From: a virus
Virus record (IMG/VR): IMGVR_UViG_3300049846_001128
Span: 20,741-84,740 of that record
Length of the DNA: 64,000 nucleotides
Strand: one strand, 5' to 3'
Positions 21,701 to 30,793 of the stretch are shown piece after piece. The position numbers were made by a program, and so were the translations under genes. Position 1 is the stretch's first letter. Every line of letters begins with the position of its first letter. The notes beneath the pieces were generated by a model. That model had not been told where the DNA came from and ran no database searches. It was given only the letters and a program-made list of their open reading frames with translations.

Positions 21701-22764
21701 AGCCATCGGACACTGTTGCAACACAGGCGTTTAGATATAACACGTTTACTCGAGCGTGGACTAGATGGACAAAACCGGCTAATTGTGGTCTAGTAAATCT
21801 CGAAGACGATAAGATTTATTTAGGAGATGCTTCTGGCAGATATTATGTACTAAGGGAAAGAAAAAATCTTGAACGACAGGACTACGCTGATCGCGACTTT
21901 ACGCTCCAGCTACCGACTGAATTCGTGAATGGTACAACTTATGATATTTCCTCAGCTATTGAAATTGAGGCAGGGGATGTGTTAGTTCAAGAACAGTATG
22001 TAGACATTAACAAGTTCAACAGAATGTTAAAAAAGTTAGACAGAGAAGTTGCTTTGTCTGGAACCTATTTGAGTGAGCTTGAAATGGTTATTGGCGATAA
22101 CATGGAAGTTTCAATACTTGCCTTGTGGAATAAACTCACCTCTGATGGAATTACGCTATCCCCTTTATCTGGAGGAAACACTGCAGTTCAACTACAAACT
22201 GACTTCAACTCCATAGTGTCAGTTTTAAACGATCCACTGTCAATAACTGGAGCTAAGGACTATAAAACAGCCGATGATTTGCTAGTTTACGAAACTCTAA
22301 TCTTGGACGTTAATATTCCTGCAAATCAAGTCACGGTAAAATTCAGCACTAACTTTCTAGTTGGAAACGTGCAAGTGTTTAAAGCCATTAAGAGTAAAGT
22401 TCAGTATGTTCCTCAGCATTTTGGAAAGCCTGAAACTACTAAGCAAATATCGGAAGGTACGTTTATATTTGACCAGACAAACTTCTGGGGAGGAACTGTT
22501 GGTTACTCAACAGACAGGTCTTATGACTTCTCCAGCATAAGCTTCACAGAGAAAGGACCGGGAAACTGGGCTGGCTTTGACTGGGGTAGTGCAGTCTGGG
22601 GAGGTGGAGGTAATGAAGTACCTGTTAGAGTTTTTGTGCCAAGAGAGAAGACTCGTTGCCGATATATTCATATCCAGTTCATGCACAGTAATGCAAGAGA
22701 GAAGTGGAGACTGTTAGGAGTATCTCTGGAACCTAGAGAAGTTTCTCCACGAGGGTACAGATAA
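18712..22764 (+). CDS. Tail nozzle / tail tubular protein B-like with inserted domains
   Basis: 1350 aa; 'ADNVVID...IEQRRGF' N-term, 'NRVYFSKPYQPEAVP' and propeller-like C-half typical of podovirus nozzles. Confidence 0.7.
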   Translation: MPSLTASRGLITSPNELARPDGALEIADNVVIDYDNTIEQRRGFAEFGDATPDDEQIKQLLVYKGRILRHYADKLAFDSTGSGSFVEFNGSYMELATKLRIKYLESNGNLYFTTTEGIKKISALSASDFTSNAGYITNAGGVKAVGLEGKIKPEASGWLPAQSKVGYRIAWGIKDANNNVIRGVPSSRLVITNSSSDVNIGERFTVTVLNHAGISDSDYFTFDTPSNKFALWFDKTGSATAPVAAELLNRSLYKVDIKNLTLDNDVAAQIAAVLSTISDISVEISTNEVTVSNVDGGDVLDASNGTLDPADVIVSTIYNGQTAVGTPANVQLTFTVPYGVDSDLYFYEVYRTAVTTVTTGVTLSDLDPGDECQKVYESGVTQAEITAGSVVVDDITPDTFREGGAYLYTNPVTGEGILQANEAPPIAKDIALFKGSVFYANTKERHRNQINLLSVSDFISGSSKIHIGNSNGVRTYTFRGIAEVLDFTVKPKSETVGNSYAIINSAQDRIKYKIWFDKGEIYHTFNSTTDVDDATETITVVNHGFADGDSVIAGGVLPTGLTSGNTYYVINRTANTFQLSSMVGGLAIDLTDVVGNGTLTHLPIEPVVADTISLRVALETYPDTLQGSADAFVDAFFDISDFSPEDQGSGLVRVFNTDNGASTDPSESTPASSWTISVNTQGAGEDAGLGYVLLSGLSSVGQSVEDTARSLERVINKDPNSSVNAFYLSGPTDLPGILLLEARSLSDTAFYVAVNDSTISDKWNPSLPLSATITDIQIVGNLFTTSSAHNFSTGDKVYINDNPNGTSVEFSGVYTVATTPSATEFTLASITVTINQSAISGLVFETTVASDNSANQNRVYFSKPYQPEAVPLVNYIDIGPKDKAIQRILALRDSLIVLKEEGVYLISGPSAPDFSVRLVDSSALTLAPDTAVNLNNLIYVLTTQGVVTVSETGVGVLSRNIENKIQEIANSKYDYKLTSWGVASESDRCYIIWLPSKPSDTVATQAFRYNTFTRAWTRWTKPANCGLVNLEDDKIYLGDASGRYYVLRERKNLERQDYADRDFTLQLPTEFVNGTTYDISSAIEIEAGDVLVQEQYVDINKFNRMLKKLDREVALSGTYLSELEMVIGDNMEVSILALWNKLTSDGITLSPLSGGNTAVQLQTDFNSIVSVLNDPLSITGAKDYKTADDLLVYETLILDVNIPANQVTVKFSTNFLVGNVQVFKAIKSKVQYVPQHFGKPETTKQISEGTFIFDQTNFWGGTVGYSTDRSYDFSSISFTEKGPGNWAGFDWGSAVWGGGGNEVPVRVFVPREKTRCRYIHIQFMHSNAREKWRLLGVSLEPREVSPRGYR

Positions 22765-23174
22765 TGGCTAAGCTCTCCGACATTAGAAGAATTATACCAG
22801 AAGACTTTGCAAAAGAAGACAGAGATGCTGCTGAGAAAATAGCTGGCTCTTATAACGAGTTCGCTGACGAGGTTTATCAGCTTATAAACGGGAACTTAGA
22901 CTTTTCCAATCTGGCAAGAAACAAAGTAACTGTTGATGTTACTTTTAAAACAGATGGCACACCCAACGTTCCAACAAATATTGGAACAACACTGTCTTCA
23001 GTCTCCATGATTCACATTGGGAATGTTCAAAACATGACCAATTCATCCGAGAGACTTACGTCCACTCCTTTTATATCGTGGACTTTTATAGGCAGTGGCA
23101 TTGTTAAGCTCAATTATGGCATTGGATTTACAGCTGGAAGAAAATATAGGTTAACGCTTGAGCTGGTTAAATAA
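22764..23174 (+). CDS. Small tail protein
   Basis: Coupled to nozzle gene; 'LINGNLDFSNL' motif. Confidence 0.55.
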   Translation: MAKLSDIRRIIPEDFAKEDRDAAEKIAGSYNEFADEVYQLINGNLDFSNLARNKVTVDVTFKTDGTPNVPTNIGTTLSSVSMIHIGNVQNMTNSSERLTSTPFISWTFIGSGIVKLNYGIGFTAGRKYRLTLELVK

Positions 23175-23189
23175 GCAATTTTAGACATA

Positions 23190-23470
23190 GCTTTACTTAT
23201 ACAGAACAATTGTTCCTTGAAAGTAAAACCAGTCGCTTGCGAGCAAATTGGGCGAAAGGCTTGGGCTTTTAACCTAAATTTCTCTCTTCTTCAGTGGTCC
23301 AAGTTAGAAGTAACACTGATACTAGCTGGCTTTCCGCTGGGTACTTAGTGGCTTTGCGACACCCAGATGACTATTTCGTTTCCTACGCCGGGTCATACAT
23401 CGGATTCACTTGTAAATCCTCTATTTCACGGTCCAAACTAGCGAAGATAAGTCCTTGATTTCTCAAAGAC
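23190..23470 (-). ncRNA. Putative structured non-coding RNA of unknown family (~280 nt)
   Basis: Intergenic, downstream of a near-consensus sigma70 promoter; several stems whose G-U pairs work only on the - strand; GAAA-capped 5' hairpin at the predicted +1. Confidence 0.6.
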
Positions 23471-23476
23471 TCTAAT

Positions 23477-23505
23477 AGTATAAAGTATTTGGTAGCTTTT
23501 GTCAA
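23477..23505 (-). promoter_or_regulatory. Sigma70-type promoter
   Basis: TTGACA-17 nt-TATACT on the - strand. Confidence 0.8.
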
Positions 23506-23522
23506 TAGAAATAGTAAATTAG

Positions 23523-23537
23523 CAACCTTATAGTGTA
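23523..23537 (+). promoter_or_regulatory. Candidate late promoter motif CAACCTTATAGTGTA
   Basis: Repeated motif upstream of the RBS of 23550. Confidence 0.55.
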
Positions 23538-23549
23538 GGTGAGGGCATA

Positions 23550-26147
23550 ATGGCATATCTACAAGATGACGAACAAGACGAGAACGCGCAAGGGTTAAAT
23601 CAAACCTTAGCACCTAGTCAAACAGCTCAGCCTGAACAAGAGCAACAACCTGCTCAACCTCAGCAAACATCGCAACCCGCCACTATCGGGTCTTCCGCTA
23701 GTCCTACCACACAAGCATCAAGCTCCCCAACACAAGTTAATCAAAAGGCTGGATCAGGTACTTTTACTAATCTTAAGAAATATTTACAAGCTAATCAGGG
23801 TAATAGAATTGCTTCTGCTGCAACTCAAAAAGTTGCCAATTTAGGAACTGGGGCGCAAAGAGGTATTCAAACCGCTCAAACTGGTTTCGGTCAGAAGGTT
23901 GAACAAGGTACTTTAAAAGACAGGCAAAAAGCTGTTCAAGACGTTACTGCCACAACTCAAGCCGCTCGTCAAGTTCAAGCTCAACAGCCTCAACAACAGC
24001 AAGGAGTTTTAGACGTTAACACTCCGACTGCCAATGCTGCTGCCACTGCCGCTCCAGCTCCTACACCTCAAGTGACTCAACCACAGTACTTAACTGATGA
24101 GCAAAAAAATCGTTTTGCTGAGGTTATTAACGCACAATACGAAGGACCGGAATCTATTCGACAAGCTGGGCTTTTACAACCAGCTCTAGAGAGAGTGCAG
24201 GAAGCAAGTCGTCAAATAAGAAACACGCAATCTACTCAAGGTCGTGAAGAGTTACTCAGATCAATGTTTGCCAAGAACCGAGACTACACTCAAGGTCAAA
24301 GCAAGCTAGACGCGTTACTTCTCAACACTTCTCAGCAGGGTGTGAATCAGTTACAACAGGCTGCAAAAGCTGGAGGAAATCTTCAACAGCAGCTTCAACA
24401 GGCTGAGAATCTGTCCCAAAACTTGGCGAAAAATCGTGCTCAGGAAATTGCTGGAATTCGCGAACAAGCTAGGAATGTTTTTACTGGCGAAAGAACTGCC
24501 GAAGAGCAAGCCACTGAGCAAAGAATTACAGACCTTATCGAAACTCCAGCAAAAGACGAGGGCGGAAATCCAATACCTAAGCTCGATGCTAAAGGAAATG
24601 CTGTACTAGACCCTGAAGGGAAACCTGTATATCTAACAGAATGGGAAAGACTTCCTGAGCATTTTCGTCAATCCTTGATGAATAAAAGTAAGTCCAACAA
24701 AGTTATCAAAGCCGAACAGATAGCAGGTCTTAAAGAGCAATATGCACCGCAGATACAAGCGTATAATGCAGCTAAAGTAAACGTAGATAATTTGCAGAAA
24801 CAGGCAAGCGATTTAAATCGCAGAATAGTTCAGGCTAGTTTTAAGATTTCAGAAGATAATGCAAATGGCGGCCCCATTGATTCAGCAGCCGAGAGGAAGT
24901 TCTTAGAAAAAGCTGCTCCAAATTTGGAAAAACTTAAGCAGCAATTAAATCAAAGTAAGAAAGAGCTATTGTCTATTGAAAAATCACCTGAGTATAAACA
25001 ATATCAAGCTCAGGTAGCTCAAGCTAATAAAATGAACATGAATCAGTGGGTGCTTTCTCCAGAAGAGGCGGCAATTCTTGGCGTTGCTTCAGGTGAAGGC
25101 TTGTATAACATGCGCCCAGATGACATTCGCACAGTTCAGGCTGAGCGTGAAAAATTAATCACTCAGGATGAATTTGCCAGACAACAAGCTCTGGCTCAAT
25201 TAGCTGGACTTGACGCTGCAAAATTACTACAAAAAGATTTAAAGTATAAAGATCAATCAAAAGCAGGAACTCAGAATTTAATGAGTGCCTTAGATACTGA
25301 AGCGTTTAGAAACCAGCTCAATGAAGCCCAAAGACTTTTTGAAGAAAGCGCAGAAGGAGCAACTCTAACAGGAGTCGGTAAGAAGAAAGTATCTCGCGGA
25401 AATATGTTTGGTAAGAAAACAAAGACTTACAAAGCTCAAGTTAAAGGCAATGTTGCTGACATGCTTAAACAAGCTGGTTACGATATTGACAAGATTGACC
25501 CCGGACAAGCTCAATCAATCCTAACAGATGAAGACATGCTTAGCCGATTTCTCGGAGCCACAGACACACAAAGAGCGGAACAGGGAAATGTAGGTTTTAG
25601 CGGAGCTGAAGGTTCCGTAACAGGAGCTGGTGTAGGCACAACAGTAGGCTCTGCCGTACCGGGAGTTGGGACAGGAATCGGAGCTGCAATTGGGGCAGGA
25701 GTGGGTGGAGCTGTTGGAACTAATAGTAGTCTTGACAATCTGCAATATACATCAGACATGCTCAAAGAACTTGAAGAAAAGTTTGGAATTAAAGGAGCTG
25801 GAGCGATAGGTCAAGCTATTCAAACAGGAAGATCAAAAGCTGGGGATTTAGCCGGAACTTACTTACAATTAAATCCATTCACTAATGTTGTGGATGATGT
25901 TGGTAAGAAATTAGGGCTTGGTTCTTTATCGAGTGGAATTGCTGGAGCCATCGGTGGAATTGATACTGGAGCTATGAAAGCCTACGGAAGTGCTATTGCC
26001 AAAAGAAACGCCATTATGGATTTAGAGAAGAAGTACGCCAATTATTTGAAAGGTCAAGGTTTTGCAAATCGTGCCAATATCGCAGACACCGAGACAACTC
26101 GCGCTAGAACCCAAGCACTTCTTGATTTATTAAGCAGGAAGGGTTAA
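23550..26147 (+). CDS. Internal virion (ejection) protein
   Basis: Gln/Ala-rich helical protein with a glycine-zipper hydrophobic segment; position after the nozzle. Confidence 0.6.
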   Translation: MAYLQDDEQDENAQGLNQTLAPSQTAQPEQEQQPAQPQQTSQPATIGSSASPTTQASSSPTQVNQKAGSGTFTNLKKYLQANQGNRIASAATQKVANLGTGAQRGIQTAQTGFGQKVEQGTLKDRQKAVQDVTATTQAARQVQAQQPQQQQGVLDVNTPTANAAATAAPAPTPQVTQPQYLTDEQKNRFAEVINAQYEGPESIRQAGLLQPALERVQEASRQIRNTQSTQGREELLRSMFAKNRDYTQGQSKLDALLLNTSQQGVNQLQQAAKAGGNLQQQLQQAENLSQNLAKNRAQEIAGIREQARNVFTGERTAEEQATEQRITDLIETPAKDEGGNPIPKLDAKGNAVLDPEGKPVYLTEWERLPEHFRQSLMNKSKSNKVIKAEQIAGLKEQYAPQIQAYNAAKVNVDNLQKQASDLNRRIVQASFKISEDNANGGPIDSAAERKFLEKAAPNLEKLKQQLNQSKKELLSIEKSPEYKQYQAQVAQANKMNMNQWVLSPEEAAILGVASGEGLYNMRPDDIRTVQAEREKLITQDEFARQQALAQLAGLDAAKLLQKDLKYKDQSKAGTQNLMSALDTEAFRNQLNEAQRLFEESAEGATLTGVGKKKVSRGNMFGKKTKTYKAQVKGNVADMLKQAGYDIDKIDPGQAQSILTDEDMLSRFLGATDTQRAEQGNVGFSGAEGSVTGAGVGTTVGSAVPGVGTGIGAAIGAGVGGAVGTNSSLDNLQYTSDMLKELEEKFGIKGAGAIGQAIQTGRSKAGDLAGTYLQLNPFTNVVDDVGKKLGLGSLSSGIAGAIGGIDTGAMKAYGSAIAKRNAIMDLEKKYANYLKGQGFANRANIADTETTRARTQALLDLLSRKG

Positions 26148-26150
26148 GTC

Positions 26151-26513
26151 GTGAAGAATCCTTCACTCTACGCTGATTTTGTTAAAGAGACAGTTGGTTG
26201 GGAAACTTTAGAAGATTCTAACAGTTTTGTAACCTATGAAATACAGAAGATTAAAGGTATTCACAACCTTAAAGTTATAGAAATGTTCATCTCCAAAGAA
26301 GCCCGTGGACAAAGAAAATGGGAAGATTTGATGGACAAGATTGAGCAAGTTGCCAAAGAGAATGAGTGTAAAACTATTTCTGCCCAAATCTCTAAAAGCA
26401 CTAGCGAATTTACGCAGCAAAGAACTGCACACTTATGCAGACTTAACGGAATGCAAAAAACATACGAAGATATTTACCAAATTATCTACAGTAGAGGAAT
26501 AAGAAATGAGTAA
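26151..26513 (+). CDS. GNAT-fold acetyltransferase-like protein
   Basis: 'EMFISKEARGQR...AKENECK' motif A-like; GNATs commonly sit among podovirus ejection genes. Confidence 0.65.
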   Translation: MKNPSLYADFVKETVGWETLEDSNSFVTYEIQKIKGIHNLKVIEMFISKEARGQRKWEDLMDKIEQVAKENECKTISAQISKSTSEFTQQRTAHLCRLNGMQKTYEDIYQIIYSRGIRNE

Positions 26514-27369
26514 GAACGCCGGAAAATCGGAAATGTCAGAATCAAATGACTTAATGCGAGCAAACATTGCCCGTCTTGAAGCCATTGGAATTCCAACCAT
26601 TGAGGCGCAAAAAATAGCACTTCAAAACCCTGAATTAGTTGAGCCATTAATCGCTGAACAGCTTGGTGCTTCTGCAATGCAAGACGTTCAAATGGACCCT
26701 CGCCTTATGGCGGCTCAACGAGCTGCTTTGGACGAAATGACTGGGTTAGGGCAGACAGGTCTTGGTGCTGAGGATAGAACTGCTTTTAACCAGCTAAGAA
26801 GACAAGCCGCAGCCGCTGCTGAGGCTCAACAAGCTTCTACCTTGCAAGAAATGGCTTCTCGTGGTATGCTCGACTCTGGTGCAAATCTTGCAGCTCAGTT
26901 AGCAGCAGGACAAGCTCAGGCTGACAGAATGAGTCAGGAAGGTGATAGAATTGCAGCTTCTGCCGCTGAGGCAAGAAGAGCAGCTTTAGGACAGCAAGCA
27001 AATATGGCAAGTCAAATGTCAGCTCAAGACATTGGCTTAAAAACAGGCAAGGCTTCAGCAGCTGACACTATTGCTCAGTTTAATGCTCAGCAAAGAGCCG
27101 GTGTAGGCGCAGCTAATAAAGCGTACGAGCAGCAAAGAGCCAACCAACTTGCAGGTCTTAGACAGCAAGAGGAAATACATAACAGAGGACTTGTTCAGCA
27201 GCAGTTCCAAAATAAGATTCAAAAAGCTGGGGGAGTTGCTCAGCAGCAAAGCCAAATGGCTGCTAATCTTCAGAACCAAGCAGCTGCAGCTCAACAGGCT
27301 CAGCAAGCAATGACTTCTGGATTATTAAACCTTGGCGGAACTTTAGGAGCCGCAGCTATAAAAAAGTAG
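26506..27369 (+). CDS. Internal virion (ejection) protein; probable -1 frameshift extension to 27449
   Basis: Ala/Gln-rich, 'ASRGMLDSG' motif, hydrophobic Gly-rich C-end. Confidence 0.65.
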   Translation: MSKNAGKSEMSESNDLMRANIARLEAIGIPTIEAQKIALQNPELVEPLIAEQLGASAMQDVQMDPRLMAAQRAALDEMTGLGQTGLGAEDRTAFNQLRRQAAAAAEAQQASTLQEMASRGMLDSGANLAAQLAAGQAQADRMSQEGDRIAASAAEARRAALGQQANMASQMSAQDIGLKTGKASAADTIAQFNAQQRAGVGAANKAYEQQRANQLAGLRQQEEIHNRGLVQQQFQNKIQKAGGVAQQQSQMAANLQNQAAAAQQAQQAMTSGLLNLGGTLGAAAIKK

Positions 27370-27406
27370 ATAGCAGTGGTCCAGACGCAGCTGGTGGAAC
27401 TACTGC
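27345..27406 (+). other. Programmed -1 ribosomal frameshift signal (SD + A_AAA_AAG + hairpin)
   Basis: AGGAG 27345-49, in-frame A AAA AAG 27360-66, hairpin 27373-27406. Confidence 0.65.
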
Positions 27407-27450
27407 ATACAGCACAGATTATTTAAACGGTAATACAGGAAAATATTAGC

Positions 27451-28806
27451 ATGAGTAATCCATTTTTAGATGAATTATTAAAACAACAAAACGTTATTGA
27501 CGAAGTAGCTTTGGAAGATTATCAACGCAATGCTAACAGTCCAGAAGCTGATAAAAAACAAATTAACCCATACCTACCGTATGAGGTAAATCCTATGCAG
27601 GAAGATGATAGGTCTAATGCTCAGCGACTATCTGATAATATGAAAAGTCCGTTGATGGTTGCACCTGAGTATTTAGGAAAATTAGGAATAGACGCAATGC
27701 CTATACAACAACCAGAGGTTGTCGACAAGCAAACTCCGGCTGTAAATGAACCTAATTTTACACAATCTACTAAAGATGGGACTAGTCAACAAGATCAACC
27801 ACCAAAAATGGATAAAACTGAAATACAGCAAGCCAATGCTACTTTAGACACTTTACCAATGTCTCCGCAAGAAAAGCTTTTAGCTGAGTTTAAAGCTATG
27901 CAAGAGCGGGATCAAAAAGCCTTGGATGAAGCCCGTTCTTCAGACAGAATGCTTAAGATGGGCGGAGCTATTGGGGACGCTTTAGCCACAGTTTTGAACG
28001 CTCGTGGACAAATGAATGTAAAAGCACCCGGAGCTGGAGTTAAAGAAGGTGCAGGACTTGGTAAAGTTGCGGATATGTTTCAAACTTCTCCAGAAATTGC
28101 TGCTGATTTAAAAAGAAAAAGAGAGGACTTACTCGCTCAATTCAAGACTTTGAAAAACAGCGGCGAAATGACTCCGTATCAAAAAGCTTATCTTGAAATG
28201 AAAATCAGAGATCAAGAATTACGAGAGCAATCTCAGCAAGGAGTGCAAGGCAGACATGAGGATACTTTAGGTCTTAAACGAGAAGAGAAGGGTCAATTGA
28301 GTGATAAAGTTGCTACTTCTTTCGCTGACATGCAAACAGCTAAACAAGAAGCCGCTAGACTTCTTCCTAGAGTTAAAGAAGCTGGTCTTGGAATTTTAGG
28401 AACTCCTTATCAAAAAGGTAGAGCAGCAATCGGTCTACCTACTAAAGAATTTCAAGCACTAGAGTCTGACTATGCTGGAATTAGAAACACAATCAGAAAT
28501 GCATTATTTGGTTCTGCCTTGACTGGACCTGAGATTAGTGCTTTCGAGAAAGAGTTGAATGATATTTCAATATCTCAATCAGGATTTGAAGACAACCTTT
28601 CTAATTTTATAGACAGAGTTGACCGTAAAATGACCGAAAGAGCTAAAGCTATGGCAAAGGCTCAGCCTTTGAAAGAAAAAGCTCTTAAGCAGTTTATGGC
28701 TCCAGAAAGTAACCAAAACACTGGACCATATGGCGACACTGTTGAAAGAAATGGTAAAACTTATAAATGGAACCCAGCGGTTGGTAAATACCAGCCAGTA
28801 GGATAA
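27451..28806 (+). CDS. Internal virion (ejection) protein
   Basis: Helical Gln/Lys/Glu-rich, 'MTPYQKA' motif, synteny. Confidence 0.55.
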   Translation: MSNPFLDELLKQQNVIDEVALEDYQRNANSPEADKKQINPYLPYEVNPMQEDDRSNAQRLSDNMKSPLMVAPEYLGKLGIDAMPIQQPEVVDKQTPAVNEPNFTQSTKDGTSQQDQPPKMDKTEIQQANATLDTLPMSPQEKLLAEFKAMQERDQKALDEARSSDRMLKMGGAIGDALATVLNARGQMNVKAPGAGVKEGAGLGKVADMFQTSPEIAADLKRKREDLLAQFKTLKNSGEMTPYQKAYLEMKIRDQELREQSQQGVQGRHEDTLGLKREEKGQLSDKVATSFADMQTAKQEAARLLPRVKEAGLGILGTPYQKGRAAIGLPTKEFQALESDYAGIRNTIRNALFGSALTGPEISAFEKELNDISISQSGFEDNLSNFIDRVDRKMTERAKAMAKAQPLKEKALKQFMAPESNQNTGPYGDTVERNGKTYKWNPAVGKYQPVG

Positions 28807-28807
28807 T

Positions 28808-30793
28808 ATGGACGATAATTTATTTGACGACGAAAATATCCATCCCCAAGCTTTAGAAACAACTCAAGCTATGGACGATTCTTTGTTTGATGATAGTCAA
28901 ACATTCCAAGAATCTGCGCCACAAGGTTCAGATACTACCATGTCTTACGCTCCAGCAAGAGTTATAACAGAAACCGTGGCAAAAGCCGGAGCAGCTATTC
29001 CCGAGTTGGCTGATAAAGCTCTGACAAAAACTGCGGCAGCATTAGGACCATTTACTGAAGGTCAGCTTGAACTTGTTAAACAAAATAGAGACCAATTTAA
29101 AGCAATTCAGCCACAAGAATCGCTTTCTAAACTGGAAGAATCTTTCCGAGGAATTAACCGAAATGTTGACGAGCTTGGAAAACAAGCCATTGGTAGTCTT
29201 GAACAAGGTCTTACTCCTCAACAGTTGAAAGAAATGGTCGGTCAAACTACTGAGCAATTCTCAAGACCAGTTAATTTAGAAGACCCAACAATTAAAGCCC
29301 AAATGGCGGCAGAAGAGTCTCGACTTACACAAGAGTTTGCGGAAAAAGCTCAGAGAGGAATGGAAAAGTCTTCAATTAAACAAGCCCAAGAATTTGCCGC
29401 ACAGAAAGCAGAAGAGGCTGTTAACCAAGCCAAAGCTGCTAACATGGGAAGTATTTCTGACGAAGCTGCGGACGCAATTCGCTCCAGCACCATCGAAACA
29501 ATCATGGCTGCGCCAGAAAAAGCTGGTTTTAAACCACAACAGACAGAAGAAATGCTCGCTCAATTTCGTGCTTTAAAAGAAGCTCAAGCTAATATTCCAA
29601 AGAAAACAATTGAAAGCCTACAGTCACCACTGGCAAAAACATTTCCTCAGTTAGAGGGAAGAGTTTTAACAACAGCTAAGCCGAGTGAGTTTACTCGTGC
29701 AGCTTCATTACTTCCAGAAGGAACTTTACCTATGACTGGTGAAGAATCTTGGAACATGCTTCGTCAGCTTAGAGAAGAGGCTTACAAGCCAACTGGTGAA
29801 GTTAGTAAAGAAGTGGCGAAAGCTGTAAGTCAGAATGTAAGAAATTATGTCGAGCAAACTTCTCCGGCTGCTTCTGATTTATTTCGTCAACAAAGCGCAG
29901 AGATTGAACGGCTTAAAAAACTTCAGAAAGAAGGTTTGCTTACCCGTGAAAAAGGTATTTCAAAACACGCACCAGAGTCTGTAAAAGTTGGAGAGAAAGA
30001 AGCCAAGAGATTGTTCAACGACATGCTTGGTGGAAAGGTTCAATTGACTGATGATGTTGCCCAAAAGATTGCCGTTCTTAGAGAAAATATTGATCCTAAA
30101 TTGTTTGATGAACTAAGACTTGCCGCAATCAAAGCCGCAGCAGAAGACCCAACAAAAGCTTTTAACATTAAACCGTTTGAAGCGGTTATGGGTTTAAGTG
30201 GAATTGGTTCTTTACCAACAGCTGGATATATGGGAGTTAAGTACGCAAAAACGCCAGAAGGTGCTTTAAAAATTGGTGACTTAGTAAATACCGTTTCTAG
30301 TGCAATTCCAGCGGGGATTAAATCTGCAGCAAAGACTACAGGAAAAGTTTTAGGAGAAGCTTTGCCAATTCTAGGAGCCGGAGCCGGAGCAGCAATGGGC
30401 TATCAAGAGGCTACCGAGGCTGGTTTTGACCCTTGGGAAAAAGCCGCCTATACAGCGTTTGAAGCCGTAAACCCGGTTCCAGTGTCTGGGATTGAAATGG
30501 CTAAACAGTATCAAAAGAGTAGCCAAACTACATCAAAAGCTAATATTAATGACTATAGCGCACAGTTTAGAACTCCAGACTATAGATTCAAGTCAACAGA
30601 CAGTGCCAATATGCAAAACTTAGCAGATAGATTGGCTGAGTTCCAAGGTAATAAAGCTGCCCAAATGTGGGCTAAAGAATTATCAGACGTTTCCACTCAG
30701 TCAGAGGCGCAAAAAGACGCTACACTGGCAAGACTTAACCAGTTGAAAGAGTTCAGAGAGCTTGTGAGAAGAACCAAGGGGATTAAAGAGTGA
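28808..30793 (+). CDS. Internal virion (ejection) protein
   Basis: Helical protein with hydrophobic Gly/Ala segments, synteny. Confidence 0.55.
   Translation: MDDNLFDDENIHPQALETTQAMDDSLFDDSQTFQESAPQGSDTTMSYAPARVITETVAKAGAAIPELADKALTKTAAALGPFTEGQLELVKQNRDQFKAIQPQESLSKLEESFRGINRNVDELGKQAIGSLEQGLTPQQLKEMVGQTTEQFSRPVNLEDPTIKAQMAAEESRLTQEFAEKAQRGMEKSSIKQAQEFAAQKAEEAVNQAKAANMGSISDEAADAIRSSTIETIMAAPEKAGFKPQQTEEMLAQFRALKEAQANIPKKTIESLQSPLAKTFPQLEGRVLTTAKPSEFTRAASLLPEGTLPMTGEESWNMLRQLREEAYKPTGEVSKEVAKAVSQNVRNYVEQTSPAASDLFRQQSAEIERLKKLQKEGLLTREKGISKHAPESVKVGEKEAKRLFNDMLGGKVQLTDDVAQKIAVLRENIDPKLFDELRLAAIKAAAEDPTKAFNIKPFEAVMGLSGIGSLPTAGYMGVKYAKTPEGALKIGDLVNTVSSAIPAGIKSAAKTTGKVLGEALPILGAGAGAAMGYQEATEAGFDPWEKAAYTAFEAVNPVPVSGIEMAKQYQKSSQTTSKANINDYSAQFRTPDYRFKSTDSANMQNLADRLAEFQGNKAAQMWAKELSDVSTQSEAQKDATLARLNQLKEFRELVRRTKGIKE

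Noticed and set aside
23345-23365. GTCGCAAAGCC resembling the c-di-GMP-I riboswitch core
   Set aside because: The upstream GGCAAAC-stem-GAAA element is absent and there is no downstream gene on that strand
23175-23470. tRNA, tmRNA or group I intron
   Set aside because: No cloverleaf/T-loop or tmRNA termini recognised; only an isolated ATAGTC, and it does not interrupt a gene
23383-23613. 76-aa minus-strand ORF
   Set aside because: Overlaps the + strand gene start and spans both promoters; no coding features
27367-27450. TAG read-through fusing 26506 and 27451 (same frame)
   Set aside because: An in-frame TAA at 27424 blocks it; no sign of genome-wide TAG recoding
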